From contig JAAOMT010000659.1 of assembly GCA_016748015.1 (NCBI GenBank), positions 1 through 64,000 of the forward strand: DNA of 64,000 nt, written 5' to 3'. The notes under the pieces are model-generated. The model searched no databases and was not told the origin of the DNA. It saw nothing but the letters and a program-made list of their open reading frames with translations. Within the stretch, counting starts at the first letter, position 1. Each line of letters opens with the position of its first letter. The stretch is from Geosiphon pyriformis uo1 (lineage: Eukaryota; Fungi; Glomeromycota). Positions 38,829 through 51,762 of the stretch are shown here, piece after piece. A program made the translations under genes and the position numbers.

Positions 38829-39118
38829 TCTGGTAAAAGACCCAGAAATAAGAGTAGAATTATATATATTAACAGATAGCTTACCAGAAGAACATGACTG
38901 TCAGATTAAACCAGCCACTAAGCTAAAGACAGAAATTGGGAAAACAACTGGAGAAAACAACTTAAACCAACCATAGTGAATCTCTGTCTATTATATAAAG
39001 AACTCAACCAAAACCTTCAAATACAAACAACCTTTAGCAATCAACATAATTATATCAATTAAGCACCAAGTTACAGATTTGTTATTTGATTTGAGACTCC
39101 AAATAATCATCTGTAACA
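38825..39118 (+). repeat. G3 5' LTR, 3' portion only
   Basis: Near-identical to 48108-48401. Ends CTGTAACA. Confidence 0.92.
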
Positions 39119-39139
39119 TTTGGTGCTTCCTGTGAGGTA

Positions 39140-42100
39140 TAATTTTACAGAAAACCAGCACCAACAGCAATTATCCAAAAGTGGCAAAACCAGAAAACAT
39201 AAGAACAAACCATTTAGGATTTGCCAAAACCTTATTTTAACAGTACAATCAACAATTAGACTTAACCAACAACCATTATCCAGCAGAATCTGCTTTCAAC
39301 TTTTATGTTAATGAAAAGATCACAAACTGCCTAAGAGGAACAATTAACATTAAATCAGCAAGAAAAAACTTTTATACAGAATTATTTCAACATACCAGCT
39401 TACCAAGGAACTATAGTTTTGCACCAATCATCAGGAAAATTAATCAAACTATTGAAAAGTACACACAACAACAATTCTCTATCACCTATGTAGACAAAAG
39501 CAAAAGAAGATTGCAAACATCAGCAGTAACACCAAAACAGATACAACCACCCACTTGGAAGAAAACCAGAGTTGAATTACCAACAAATCCATCATACCAC
39601 TATACACTCAGAAGTGCCATTAACATCTTATCAACAGGCACATCCACATCACACATGACATCAACATTTGAACAATTCCCATTTCAGAGTAAACAAAAGA
39701 AAAAAAATCTTCTAAGACTATATGGTGCATATTTCGAAGGATTTAAGTCATAATTGTCAATGTCATTAGGACTTCAATCTCTGCTATCTCAACCAGATTT
39801 CAAAACTGTGAGTCCTTGGAAAGTAATAGATTTGGAAGAAAAAAAAGAAGAAGAGAAAAAAGAACCTAAAAATCAAGAATTTACTTACCAAAATCTGATC
39901 ACTGAAAACCTGAAAATCAAAATCCCAAACTTTCATACTCAGCAAAATCTAAATTTAGAAAATCCGGAAATTGAAACTCTGAACTTTCAAACACAGCACA
40001 ATCAGAATGATCAAAACCCTGACATTAATAATCAACAATACTTACCTCTAGTAATCATGATCAATCCACCACCAGCTCTACCAATTAACAAACAGCAACA
40101 ACAACAGCCACTTCAACCACTCCAACAATCACAGCAGCTGCTTTAACAGCCACAACCACAACTTCAACAACCAAACTTGGATCCAATGATTTACGCTCTA
40201 ATAGCAAAGCTTGAGAAGTTCACTGGTAAAGAGGACAACATTCAAATATGGCTTAACAATATTAAAAAGGCCATCATGGCCAACAGATGGAATGATGTGA
40301 GAGCACTCCAAACCATCCCCTATTTCTTACAAGATACTGCTGACTTGTGGTATCAAAGCTTAGCTGTCAAATCTTAAACATTCCAGGAATTTAAAGTCAC
40401 ATTCTTGGAATATTTCAGTAATAATAACAGTATTAATCACCTAGCAAACACCTTCACCACAATTAAACAAGGAAAAACTGAAACAGTTACCACTTATTTA
40501 GAACTTTTCTACAGAAATTTGTGTCAAATTCAAGCAATCCAAGCTGACTATTTTACAGTGCCACAGATTCTAAACCAGTTTATTTATGAACTGCACAGTA
40601 GCCTTCTCCAGTGCATACAATAATGTCATTGACCTCTATAGGAAGGTCATCAATCTTGCTGATTGGAGTTTTGGTTGCTCCATCAACAGTAATTATGCAT
40701 GCACTGGTAGCACAATCAACTCGGTAACCTAATTGGTCCATGAGTTGTCTTGTGATGATGCTGCCAGCTGATCCACTGTCTAAGATTAGTTTGATGGAAT
40801 GGCCATCAACTTTGGCATCAGTGTACATGGCAGTAATAAGTTTTTCTTCTAGAGTGGCTCTACTAAATAACAGCATGGTCGACAGTTTTTTGAGTTCAAA
40901 TGGGAAGATAGCATCCAATGATTCATTCTCAGTGATAGTAGCTGGTGGAATGTTGCTGGTAAGTGTTGGTTGTTGATTGGTTTTCGGATTATTGGGTTGG
41001 GAATCTTTTGGAGTAACCAAAAGACTTAAATAGTTCTGGAAATTTGGGTTTTGGGTGTATCCAGTGTCCGAATTCTGTTGTCAAGATTCTAATAGTTGTG
41101 TGGAGAAACTGGAAATCGGTTAATGAACTACCATTGACAATTTCTAACTCTGTTGTGTCAGTTTTGGCCTTTGGGTTCTGTTTTGAGGTAGGTTCTGTGG
41201 TGGTGTTTGAATTTGGTGGGGCTGATAAATTACTTAAGACTGTGGCTAATATATGGGTTGGAACTGCAGTTGATAAATAATGGACACTGAAGACTAATAA
41301 ATTAGTGGTTAATATATTGGCTGTTGCATCACAGGTAGGTAATTTGGTTTGATATGGTGTTGAGCTGGGTTGGTAATTCAGGACTTGAAACTGGCAATTG
41401 GGGTTTTGATATTGATTTCCCAATTGTGAATTATTATAAAATTGGCAGTTGGCTCTAATGTGGCTTTGTTTATCACAGTTATGGCAGACATGTGTCTCTT
41501 GTTGTCATTGCTGATTTGGAGATAATGATGGATGCAACTAATTTTAGAACTGATTCATGTTTCCTGAATTATTTTGTTATTGTGGTGGTTGATAGATTGC
41601 ACAATTGTCAGCTAAGTATCCTTCCAATTTCTGATTAATTGAATTACTGAATTGTTTCAATTTGGAATCCAAGTCAGATGATCTATTCATGACTAGGTTA
41701 ATGACTTGGACATGATTGGCTTTAAGTTCTGCTGATTCAAAATCTCTCGCATTAGTAACTGCATCTTGGAGAGTTTATGGGTGCATTGGATGTACCAATC
41801 AAAGCATTAGTTATAAAGGCTACACAGTATCAAGCACTTATTGGTAATGACTGGCTGTCCAAAGCCAACACAATGCTTAATTGGAACACCCAAGAGCTCC
41901 AGATTAGTCAAAACAGCCAACACTTATGTGTACCAGCCACGTGTGACCATTTCAAGACCATAACTATGCCATCAGCTCCACTTATCGAATTCGAAGAAAA
42001 AGAGGAGAAACTTACTTGGGAAGCATACCAAGTTTCTTGGGCCAACACAGAACACAACAAACTGTCACTAGTACCTTTATGGGACGACAACAGAAAAGAA

Positions 42101-45100
42101 AAGCAAAAAGAAAAACTTATCTGGGAAACCAACCATAATTCAGAAGAACTGACAACTTGGGAATGGGATAAGAGAAAGAAAGGGAAAGGAAAAGCAAAGG
42201 AAAAAGAGCCACTATTAACTGTCATTTACACTCCTTACACATATACACCACCACAATGATCAAGCTATCATTAACCAAAGCTGATATGCATCAATTGTGG
42301 TAAGAAATTGTCATCAATAGGCGCATGCTGTGGCAATAATGAAGAATACCAAATGGTGACCAAATTCTACTATCACACATGCATCATAGAACACTTTGGA
42401 CAACCAAAATGGCAAGAAAAATGGAATAACAAATCTTGTCTAGCTTGTAAGGAAATTTTGCTCGATGAAGAAATATAGAATAACATTCCTGGTTGAAGAG
42501 GAATGTGTGATGCTTCGTGCCAGTACATGATTCTTATCAATGACTGAATTAGAAAAGGAACTCCAATAGAAGCCACTTGAAGAAGAACTGTACAGTAATT
42601 AGACAGTTGTCCACACAATGATAACAAGATATGAAGAATGGCAATGACCAAGATAGAAGAAGCATTATCTGAAAAAATCAGAGAAATCAAAAACAACTCA
42701 CCAGAACCCATAGAACTTGACTGAGACCCAAAACCAGTCATAAATTTGCTAGATCTGGAACAATTTCATGAATACTACCAGGAATTAGCACTCACTAAAG
42801 AAAAGCAGGAGCAATGTCTAGAACAATTGAATACTCGACTATATTAATACTGCTTAATTCTCTGTAACTTCCAATATTGTAATGAGTGTGATTTCATTTA
42901 CAATTCACCATCATGCATGATCTACATGATTCCAAAAAAAGAAAAACCAATTAACAGCTGTGCATTGGAATCGGAACCAACTTTCAATCCCAATTCAAAC
43001 TCTGACAATGATGATGATGAAAATAATGGTTCTAGTTTTACTTAATATGGCAATGAAGATAACAATGATTCAAACTCCAATTCAAATCATGAAACATACA
43101 TTGTGCTTCCTAACCTCTTTAAGGAGCAGAAACTTAAATGGTTCAGTGATAATAATAAAGGCATTATGCCAGAATGCATGCATGATACTAATATAGGGTT
43201 TGATTTGAGATATTTAGGAAAAAACACCATCAAATTGGAACCACACTCGCACACATGCATTGATCTCAAAATAGCATTAGAAATCCCAGCAACAACAATA
43301 GTTCAACTAGCATCTAAGAGTAGTCTAGTGAAAAAAAGAATTAACATTAGAGGAGAGATAATTGACACAGGATATATGGAAAATATCATTGCTATGCTAC
43401 AAAATGACTCAGAAAAGGCCTATACCATAGATCTAAACAAAAAGATAGCACAGGCAATATTTCTATTTCTGGTTAAAGTAGCTAAATTAGTATTAGTGGA
43501 AAACAGAGAAGAATTAGAGATTATGGCTAGAGGGATACAAGGATTCGGATCAACAGGTAGAATAGATGTACCAGTTAATATGACAGAGAAAGAAATTATT
43601 GACAAGAGAGCAATTATCTCCATCTGTCAACCAATTTCTATTCCACCATATGACCAGTACATGGTAGTCATAGAGAGAAAAGTGAAGGATCAGGTTCAGA
43701 TTTTTGAGGCAAAAGCAAAACTTTGCGAATCAGGAAAAATTGGCCTGGCCAACTTACACATACCAGCCAAGAACCACAGACACATCAAAATCCCTATTTA
43801 CAACAACACAGAAGATACCATTGAGATACCAGCAGAAACCACTATCAGATACTTGACCACAGAAATTAAAAACCAATTTCCAGACATCATTCCAGACTTT
43901 TTACAACTGTGTGGATATGTAGACATTATATTACAAACAATATACGGATGAGAAAAATGTTATCTGTTTTAACCAGAACAGTTGGAACAGATAAACATGG
44001 AAAACTTGGACCTACTTCAACATATGCAGCTCAAGATATTGCTCAACAACTTTAATGATATCTTTGCTAGCAAAAATGAATTTGGCAGAACCAACATCAT
44101 CCAACATCAAATAAAAACTGAAGATGCAATGCCAATTAAACAAAGAACATACAGAGTACTACCAGCCAGCCATAAGATTATTTGTCAAGAAATCAATCAA
44201 TTGCTTAACAACAGGTTAATTCAACCATCAATGAGTCCATGGTCATCACCAGTGATACTAGTCCATAAGAAAAATGGAAAAATCTGTTTTTGTGTAGACT
44301 ATCAAAAACTGAATGGAGTAACTAAAGGTAATAGCTATTCAACCCCAAAGATCCAAAAACTATTTAATGCTTTTGGTGGAAAAAAATGGTTTTCAACTTT
44401 AAACTTAGACAGTGGTTATTGACAAGTAGCCATGAAACCAGAAGACAAAGAGAAAACAGCTTTTACAACTCAGAAAGAAAATTTTGAATTTAAAGTCATG
44501 CCATTTGGCTTGATGAATGCTCCAGCAACATTTCAACAGCTTATAGAAATTGTTTATACTGGATTACTATGGAAATCAGTAGTCATGTACTTGGATAACA
44601 CTAATGTGTTCTCAAAAACATTTGATGATTATTTGCATCATCTTCAACAAATGTTTGAAAGACTAAGAAAAGCTGGATTAAAGCTAAATGCAACCAAATG
44701 TTTCTTTAGAAAAACGGAACTCAAGTTTTTGGAACATGTAGTGAGCAAAGACAGAATTAAAATGGATTCAGACAAGATTGAGATTGTCAAAAACTTTCTA
44801 GTACCAAATAATCTCACAGAATTGAGAGCATTCTTGGGATTTGCTGGATACTACTGCTGCTTTATTAAAGACTTTTTTAAAATAGCTCAACCACTACATT
44901 AGCTTCAAACAAAGAACACCAAATATGAATGAACTAAAACCCAGCAAGAAGCTTTTGATACACTAAGAAGAAAGCTTATTCAAGCTCCAGTACTGATCTA
45001 TCTGGATCATAGCAAGTCATTCATAATTACAACTGATGCATCTGGTCAAGCATTGGAAGCAGTACTATTACAAAAAAACCCAGATAGAAAAAAACATCCA

Positions 45101-45391
45101 GTAGTGTATGCCAGTAGAAGCTTAAATTCAGCTGAAAAGAACTATGGAACTCTAGCACTAGAACACTTAGCAATATATTGGGCTGTCATTAAGTAAAAGA
45201 AATACTTGAATCAAAAGTTTGAGGTATACACTGATTACAAAGAATTGACTTCAATTCAGAAGGAAGAATTTGGAGACAATCGCCATGTCAGATGGAAAAT
45301 AGAACTTTCACCATTCAATTATATAGTATATTATAAAAAAGGAAAAGACAATGGAAATGCCAATGGATTGTCGCGAATAAGACAAATCTAA
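39140..45391 (+). pseudogene. G3 gag-pol; segment 40620-41790 is inverted
   Basis: Gag LEKFTG...WL, protease LILDSGSAGS on the minus strand inside the inversion, RT VMPFGLMNAPATFQ, RNase H ending ANGLSRIRQI*. Confidence 0.9.
43136..43560 (+). CDS. dUTPase domain in G3 pol (locally open)
   Basis: IGFDLRY, ASKSSL, GEIIDTGY, IAQAI, RGIQGFGSTG. Confidence 0.92.
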
Positions 45392-45421
45392 AAACATTTC
45401 AACCCAAAAATATAACAAAAG

Positions 45422-46804
45422 ATGAATATACAAAAATACCAACAACTCCAGCATTATATAAATACCCAATTGTTCAAGAAAAAATTATCTTAAAAAGAAC
45501 AAAACAACATAAAACAACAATTAAAATATTTTATTAATTATCAAAATATACTTTACTAGAAAAACAAAAAGAATCTAGATCAACCAACCAGAGTAATCAC
45601 AGAACCAGAGAAAGAGACAATATTGTTCAACATGCACTCAGATCTAACAACAGAACATTTTTATAAAGAAGCAACTATGGAAAGAACTAGAAAAAAATAC
45701 TATTGGCCATTAATGTATCCAGATATTATTCAGTATGTTCAAAATTGTGATGCTTGTCAGAGAAGAGGAGAAACAAAACCCAGTAAACCATTAAGATCAA
45801 TCAAAGTGGGACAACCATTCAATCACATTGGAATTGACTTAGTAGAACTATTAACAATTACCAGCAGAGACAACAGATATATTGCAGTAGCCATAGACTA
45901 TCTTACTAAATGGCCAAAAGCAAAAGCCATTCAAAGAGCAAATGCAGAATCCATTGCCAAATTTGTTCATCAAGATCTGATCTGTTAACATGAATGTCCA
46001 AAAGAATTATTATCTGATCAAGGAACTCACTTTGTAAACAGAACATTGACAGAATTAAGTCAAAGATTTGGAATCAAAAGACCATTGTCATTACTATACC
46101 ATCCACAAACAAATGGGTTAGTCAAAAGATTCAATAGAACACTGTATAAAGCAATTGCCAAGATCAGTCAAGAAAATCAGAATGAATAGAACTTGTTTAT
46201 ATCATCAGTATTATTTGCTTATTGGACAATGAAGCAAGACACTATACAAACAACACTATTTGAATTAGTATATGGTAGAACAACAACATTACCAGTTGAG
46301 ATAAAAGTCACTATTTATCCAACAGAACCAATAACTAAAGACAATTTTTAGGAAATATTGCTAAAAAAAACATATGACTTAATAGAAACACTAGAAAACA
46401 GATGACAAAAAACAGCTAATAACATCTAAAAGTCACAAGAAAAACAAAAAAAAAGACATGATAACCAACTACCAGATAAACCAGTTGAATTCAAAATTGG
46501 AGACAAAGTACTATTACATTGTACCAAAGCAGAAAAACAATGGAGTAGAAAATTCGACCCCAAATGGGATGGACTATTTTACATAGAAGAAATTCTAGGA
46601 AATGGAGCTTATAAATTAAGATGAAACAACAAAATTTTAGCTAAAGCAGCACATGGTGATTAACTGAAATCATATCACCAGATAGCATCATCATCTACCA
46701 ATAACATTCTACAACTGGGAATACAAAGAATACTAGTTTAACCAGATGAGATTTCATAAAATCTGGAATTAATCATAGTTATTGAACCAAATATGTCAAA
46801 TTAA
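45422..46804 (+). pseudogene. G3 integrase, separate ORF
   Basis: ATG at 45422; HSD...H...CDAC, GIDLV, SDQG, KWDG.F; internal stops. Confidence 0.9.
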
Positions 46805-46859
46805 ACAACCAAAAGAGTATATAAAGATACAGTATATACAACAAAAGCAACCAAAAAAA

Positions 46860-47495
46860 ATGAAGATATCAGATCATATTTACATCATAGTGCAACAATT
46901 GTTCCAGACCTTAAGTCAACAACAGTTAAACATGGAAATTGTTATTAAAAACCAAATAATTTGCTATCAAAACACCCAAAGAAAGACAAAAAATACATTA
47001 TATTAGTGGCCACCAAAGAATAACAAAAACTGGACAGATAACTTAATAGAAAAAGTGAAAAACACTTTTGGAAAAATATCTATTATGGCACCAACAGAAG
47101 AGCTTACAAAAAAAAATTAGAAGCAATAGACAGAATGACTTCCAATATCATATTGCTACTATCAGTTAGGTCAAAAGTTGAATATTCAGGAGTTGTATAT
47201 TGACAAATCCAAGAGAATATTCAATCAAGACATAATACAACAAATTGAAGAATTTATTGGAAAGAAAACAAATTCAACACTGCATGTTAAGACAATGTAC
47301 CAACTACACAACATATTTCAGAACTATCCAAAAATACTGTTACACTCTGACATGGAAACCATAATCATTAACCAATGGGGAAGAATGAACAATACACAAG
47401 TAGAAGACGTGAGAAACAGAATCAAACAAACAATACTTAAAAAAGAAGTATTAGAATTAATTCAAAACAAAAATTTTGACAGAGTTCAATATTAA
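46860..47495 (+). pseudogene. G3 ORF3, unknown function
   Basis: MKISDHIY...YQLGQKL...YQLHNIFQNYPKILL...FDRVQY*. One stop and a frameshift. TATATAAA at 46818. Confidence 0.78.
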
Positions 47496-47508
47496 AAGGA
47501 GAAGATAA

Positions 47509-48401
47509 TGTTACTCATAAAAAGAAAACAGATATAGAACAACAGTAGATCAATAAGAAAATAGTAATTAGCACATGAGCATATTGCTCAGCAATGTGGA
47601 GCAATATCAGAAATTACAGCTTATTGCTTAGCAATATGGAACAATATCAAAAATCATGGCACATTGCTCAGCAATGTGAACATTGCTTGAGAAATTATAG
47701 AACATTGCTCGAGAATGTGAGCAATCTCATAGAACTCAAATCATATATATATAATAGTAGTGTTGAAAGTAGAAAAGACAGAATTTCTTAGTTAAAGACC
47801 TCTCAGTTTAGATTTTATTGAAGCGACCTTCCATTCCACAAATATCAATAAATAATTATTCTCTATCTCAAATTTACTCCCACTATTAACACTTCATGTT
47901 GATAGTAATTGATACTTAACTACACTGAAACAATAGCTCTTGATCATGACTATTGACAGGATACTAACTTGTAATTGCATTGGCTTATTTCTTTATTTTC
48001 TTTCTTTATTTTCTTTATTTTTTTTTTTTTCTTTTTTTTTCTTTGATTTTATTGTGATTTACTAAATTGATTAAGAGGATTAAAGCACTGAGTAATTGAT
48101 GTCATAGATAGTCTGGTAAAAGATCCAGAAATAAGAGTAGAATTATATATATTAACAGATAGCTTACCAAAAGAACATGACTGCCAGATTAAACTGGCCA
48201 CCAAGCTGAAAACAGAAATTGGGAAAACAACTGGAGAAAACAATCTAAACCAACCATAGTGAATCTCTGTTCATTATACAAAAAACTCAACCAAAACCTT
48301 CAGATACAAACAACCTTCAGCAATCAACATAATTATATTGATTAAGCACCAAGTTACAAATTTGTTATTTGATTTGAAACTCCAAATAATCATCTGTAAT
48401 A
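47509..48401 (+). repeat. G3 3' LTR
   Basis: TGTTAC...TGTAATA. Homologous to 63087-63902 and, on the minus strand, 51000-51762. Confidence 0.93.
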
Positions 48402-50999
48402 CCATCAAGGTGTTGGTAATAGAAGCCACCCAGTATCAAGCTTTAGTTAGTAATAACTGGCTGTCCAAGATAAACACTGTGTTTGACTAAAACATCTAAG
48501 AATTACAACTCAGCCAAAATAGCCAGCATATGTACATACCAGCAACTTGTGGTTACTTTAAATCTATGACTACACTAGCACCACTAATTAATGTTGAAGA
48601 AGAAGTAAACAAACCTATTTGAGAAGTCTACTAAGTTTTATGAACCAATAATGACTATAACAAACTATCATCAATTTTTATCTAAGAAAAAAAGAGAAAA
48701 GAAAAAGACAAGAAAAAAAAAACCAGCCCAAGCCATTACTTCCACATATATATCATATACCTATATATCACAAACCCAGCCAAACTATTACTGATCAAAG
48801 CTTATTTGTGTTAATTGTGACAAAAAATTGTTATCAATGGGTGCATGCTATAGCAATAACAAGAAATAAACAATGGCAACAAAGTTTTATTGCTAATTAT
48901 GTATTCTAGAGCATTTTAAATGACCTAAATAACAAGGAAAGTGGAATAATAAACCATGCTTTGCATGTAAAGAAACTCTATTAGACAAAGAAATGTGAAA
49001 TAACATTTTAAGGTAAAAAGAAATATGTGATGAATTATGCTAATACACAATCTTAATAAGTAACTGGATAAGAAAAAAGACACTAATAGAAGTAGCATAA
49101 AGAAGAGCAGTAAGATGTTTGAATGAGTGTCCACATGACAATAATGAAATATGGCAAATAGCACTCACCAAAATTGAAGGAGCATTACCAGAAAAAATAA
49201 AGACAATTAAAAACAACCCATCAGAATCCATAGAACTCAATTGGAGCCTAAATTCAGATATTGTCCTAGACTCTATAGATCCAAAACATTTTCACAAACA
49301 CTACCAAGAATTAGCACTTATTAAAGAGAAGCAAGAACAATGTTTAAAGCAGCTAAATACTCAATTATGTGACCATTGTTTGATTCCATATGATTTCCAA
49401 TATTGTAATAAGTGTGATCTTATTTACAATCCACTGACATACATAATTTACACAATTTTTAAAGAGGAAAAACCAATCAGTAATTGTGTATCAGAATTGG
49501 AATTACAGTTCAATCCCAATTTAAACTCCAACAATGATGATAATGAAAACAATAGTTCCAGCTCTGTTCAAAATGGCAATAAAAATAACAATAATTTGGA
49601 CTCCAATTCAAATCCAAAACAATATATTGCACTTTTTAACCTCACCAAAAAGCAAAAACTTAAATGGTTCAGCAATAATAATAAAAATATCATGTTAGAA
49701 CATGTACATAATACTAATATAGGGTTTGATCTAAGATATCTGGAAAAAAAAACCATCAAATTAGAACCACATTCATGCACCTGCATTGATCTCAAAGTAG
49801 CACTGAAAATTCCAGCAACAATGATAGTTCAATTAACATTTAAAAATAGTTTAGCAAAAAAAGAAATCAATATTAGAGGAGAAATAATTAATGCAGAATA
49901 TATAGAAAATATTATCACAATACTATAAAATGACTCAGAAAAGGCCTATATTATAGAACCAAATAAAAAGATAGCACAAGCAATATTTCTGTTTCTGGTT
50001 AAAATAGCTCAATTAGTATTAGTAAGAAACAGGAAAAAATTATGAATTATAGCTAGAGGAATTAGTGGATTTAGATTTATGGATAGAATAAATATACCAG
50101 TCAATATAGCAGAAAAAGAGATTTTTGACAAGAGAGAAATTATCTCCATCCATTAATCAATTTCTATTCCACCATATAACCAATACATATTAGCCATAGA
50201 AAAGAGAATAAAGGATCAAGCTCAAATTTTTAAAGTGGAAACTACTATTTGCAAATTAGAAAAGATTGGACTTACCAATCTTTACATACCACCCAAAAGC
50301 CCAAAACATATCAAAATTCTCATTTATAATATAACAGAAGATGTTATTAAAATACCAAAAGGAACCACTATCAGATATCTAAGCACTGAAGTTGAAAAAC
50401 AACCACCAAACTTCATTCCAAACTTTCCACAACTGTGTAGAGATGTGGATATTACATTACAAACAATATATGGATAAGAAAAATGTTATTTACTCTAACC
50501 AAAACAATTAGAACAGATGAATTTGAGAAATTTAGACCCACTACAACATATGCAGCTGAAGATATTACTTAACAATTTTAATAACATTTTTGCCAGTAAA
50601 AATGAATTTGGCAGAACTAATATTATCTAACATCAGATCAAAACTGGAGATATAATGCCAATTAAACAGAAAACATACCAAATACTACCAACAAACCATA
50701 AAATTATCTGATAAAAAATCAATTAGATATTAGACAATAGATTAATTCAATTATTAATAAGTCCATGGTTATTGCCAATAGTATTAGTTCATATGAAAAA
50801 TAGAAAAATCTGCTTTTGTGTAGATTACTAAAAACTTAATAGAGTAACAAAGGGAGATAGCTATCCAACCCCAAAGATCCAAGAACTTTTTAATGCTTTT
50901 GGAGAAAAGAAATAATTCTCAACTTTAGACTTAAACAGTAATTACTGGTAAGTAGCCATGAAACCAGAAGATAAGAAGAAAATGGCTTTTACAACCTGA
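48402..50999 (+). mobile_element. Family-3 Gypsy fragment (protease end, Cys-rich domain, dUTPase at about 49664-50085, RT N-terminus); host of G3
   Basis: Begins IKVLVIEATQYQ directly after the G3 LTR. Colinear with 41795-44470. Confidence 0.9.
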
Positions 51000-51762
51000 T
51001 GTTACAGATAATTATTTGGAATTTCAAATTAAATAACAAATCTGTAACTTGATGCTAATAGCTGATACAATTATTAGGTTTTGGTTAAGTTTTTTGTATA
51101 ATGGACAAAGATTCAATAGTTGTTTTTAGTAGCCTCCCAGAATCGTAATTTCATTAATTTTTTTTTCAGCTTAGTGGCTGGCAATTCTTTGGTAAGTAAT
51201 CCTTAATTTTAAGTGTCTACTCTCTCACAGAGGTCTTTTATTAGGCAATCCTTAACATCAATAACTTAGTGCTTAATTTTTAATTAATTAGTAACAATAA
51301 AAAAATAAAATACAAAAAAAAATTTAAAAAAAATAAAATGTAAGCCAAGGCAAGTAATGTTAATATCCTATTAATAACCATGATCAAGAGCTATTGTTTT
51401 AGCATAATCAAGTATTCAATACTATTAACATGAAGTATTAATAGTAGAGAAAGTGATTTAGATAGTAATAATTATTTATTGATATTGATAATTATAATAG
51501 AGATGTGATAATGGAAAGATATCAGTAATTCTTAAATTATTTTTTTTTGCTTCTAATGTTCTTGTTATATATACATAATTTAAGTTCTATGAGATTGCTT
51601 ACATTCTTAAATGATGTGCTATAATTTTTTAAGCAATGTGCCCTAATTTTTTAACATTGCTCCACATTACTAAGCAATGTGCTTATATGCTAACTACTAC
51701 TTTTTTATTGGTTTATCTGTTTTCTTCCTATTTTTTTTTATACATTTTTCTTATAAGTAACA
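51000..51762 (-). repeat. Solo LTR related to family 3, no TSD
   Basis: Reverse complement begins TGTTACTTAT and ends CTGTAACA. Flanks CTGA and GTAA differ. Confidence 0.9.

Larger units (their letters stand above)
38825..48401 (+). mobile_element. Gypsy G3 (family 3), near complete, with partial 5' LTR and internal inversion
   Basis: LTR 3' part 38825-39118, PBS TGGTGCTTCCTGTGAGG at 39121, gag-PR-Cys-dUTPase-RT-RH, integrase, ORF3, PPT AAAAGGAGAAGA, 3' LTR. Confidence 0.93.

Noticed and set aside
38829-38890. Antisense hydrophobic peptide (LLVSYLLIYIILLLFLGLLP) as a tiny membrane protein
   Set aside because: The frame is not kept in the related LTR at 57556. Hydrophobicity follows from A-rich sense DNA.
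47571-47728. CRISPR-like palindromic repeats with spacers
   Set aside because: Spacers resemble one another, the array lies inside an LTR, there are no cas genes and the context is eukaryotic.
48402-48405. Strict integrase target consensus (GCAC, GCAT, ACAC, CCAT)
   Set aside because: Other LTR flanks (CTGA, GTAA, TTGG) do not fit, and only one TSD is confirmed on both sides.
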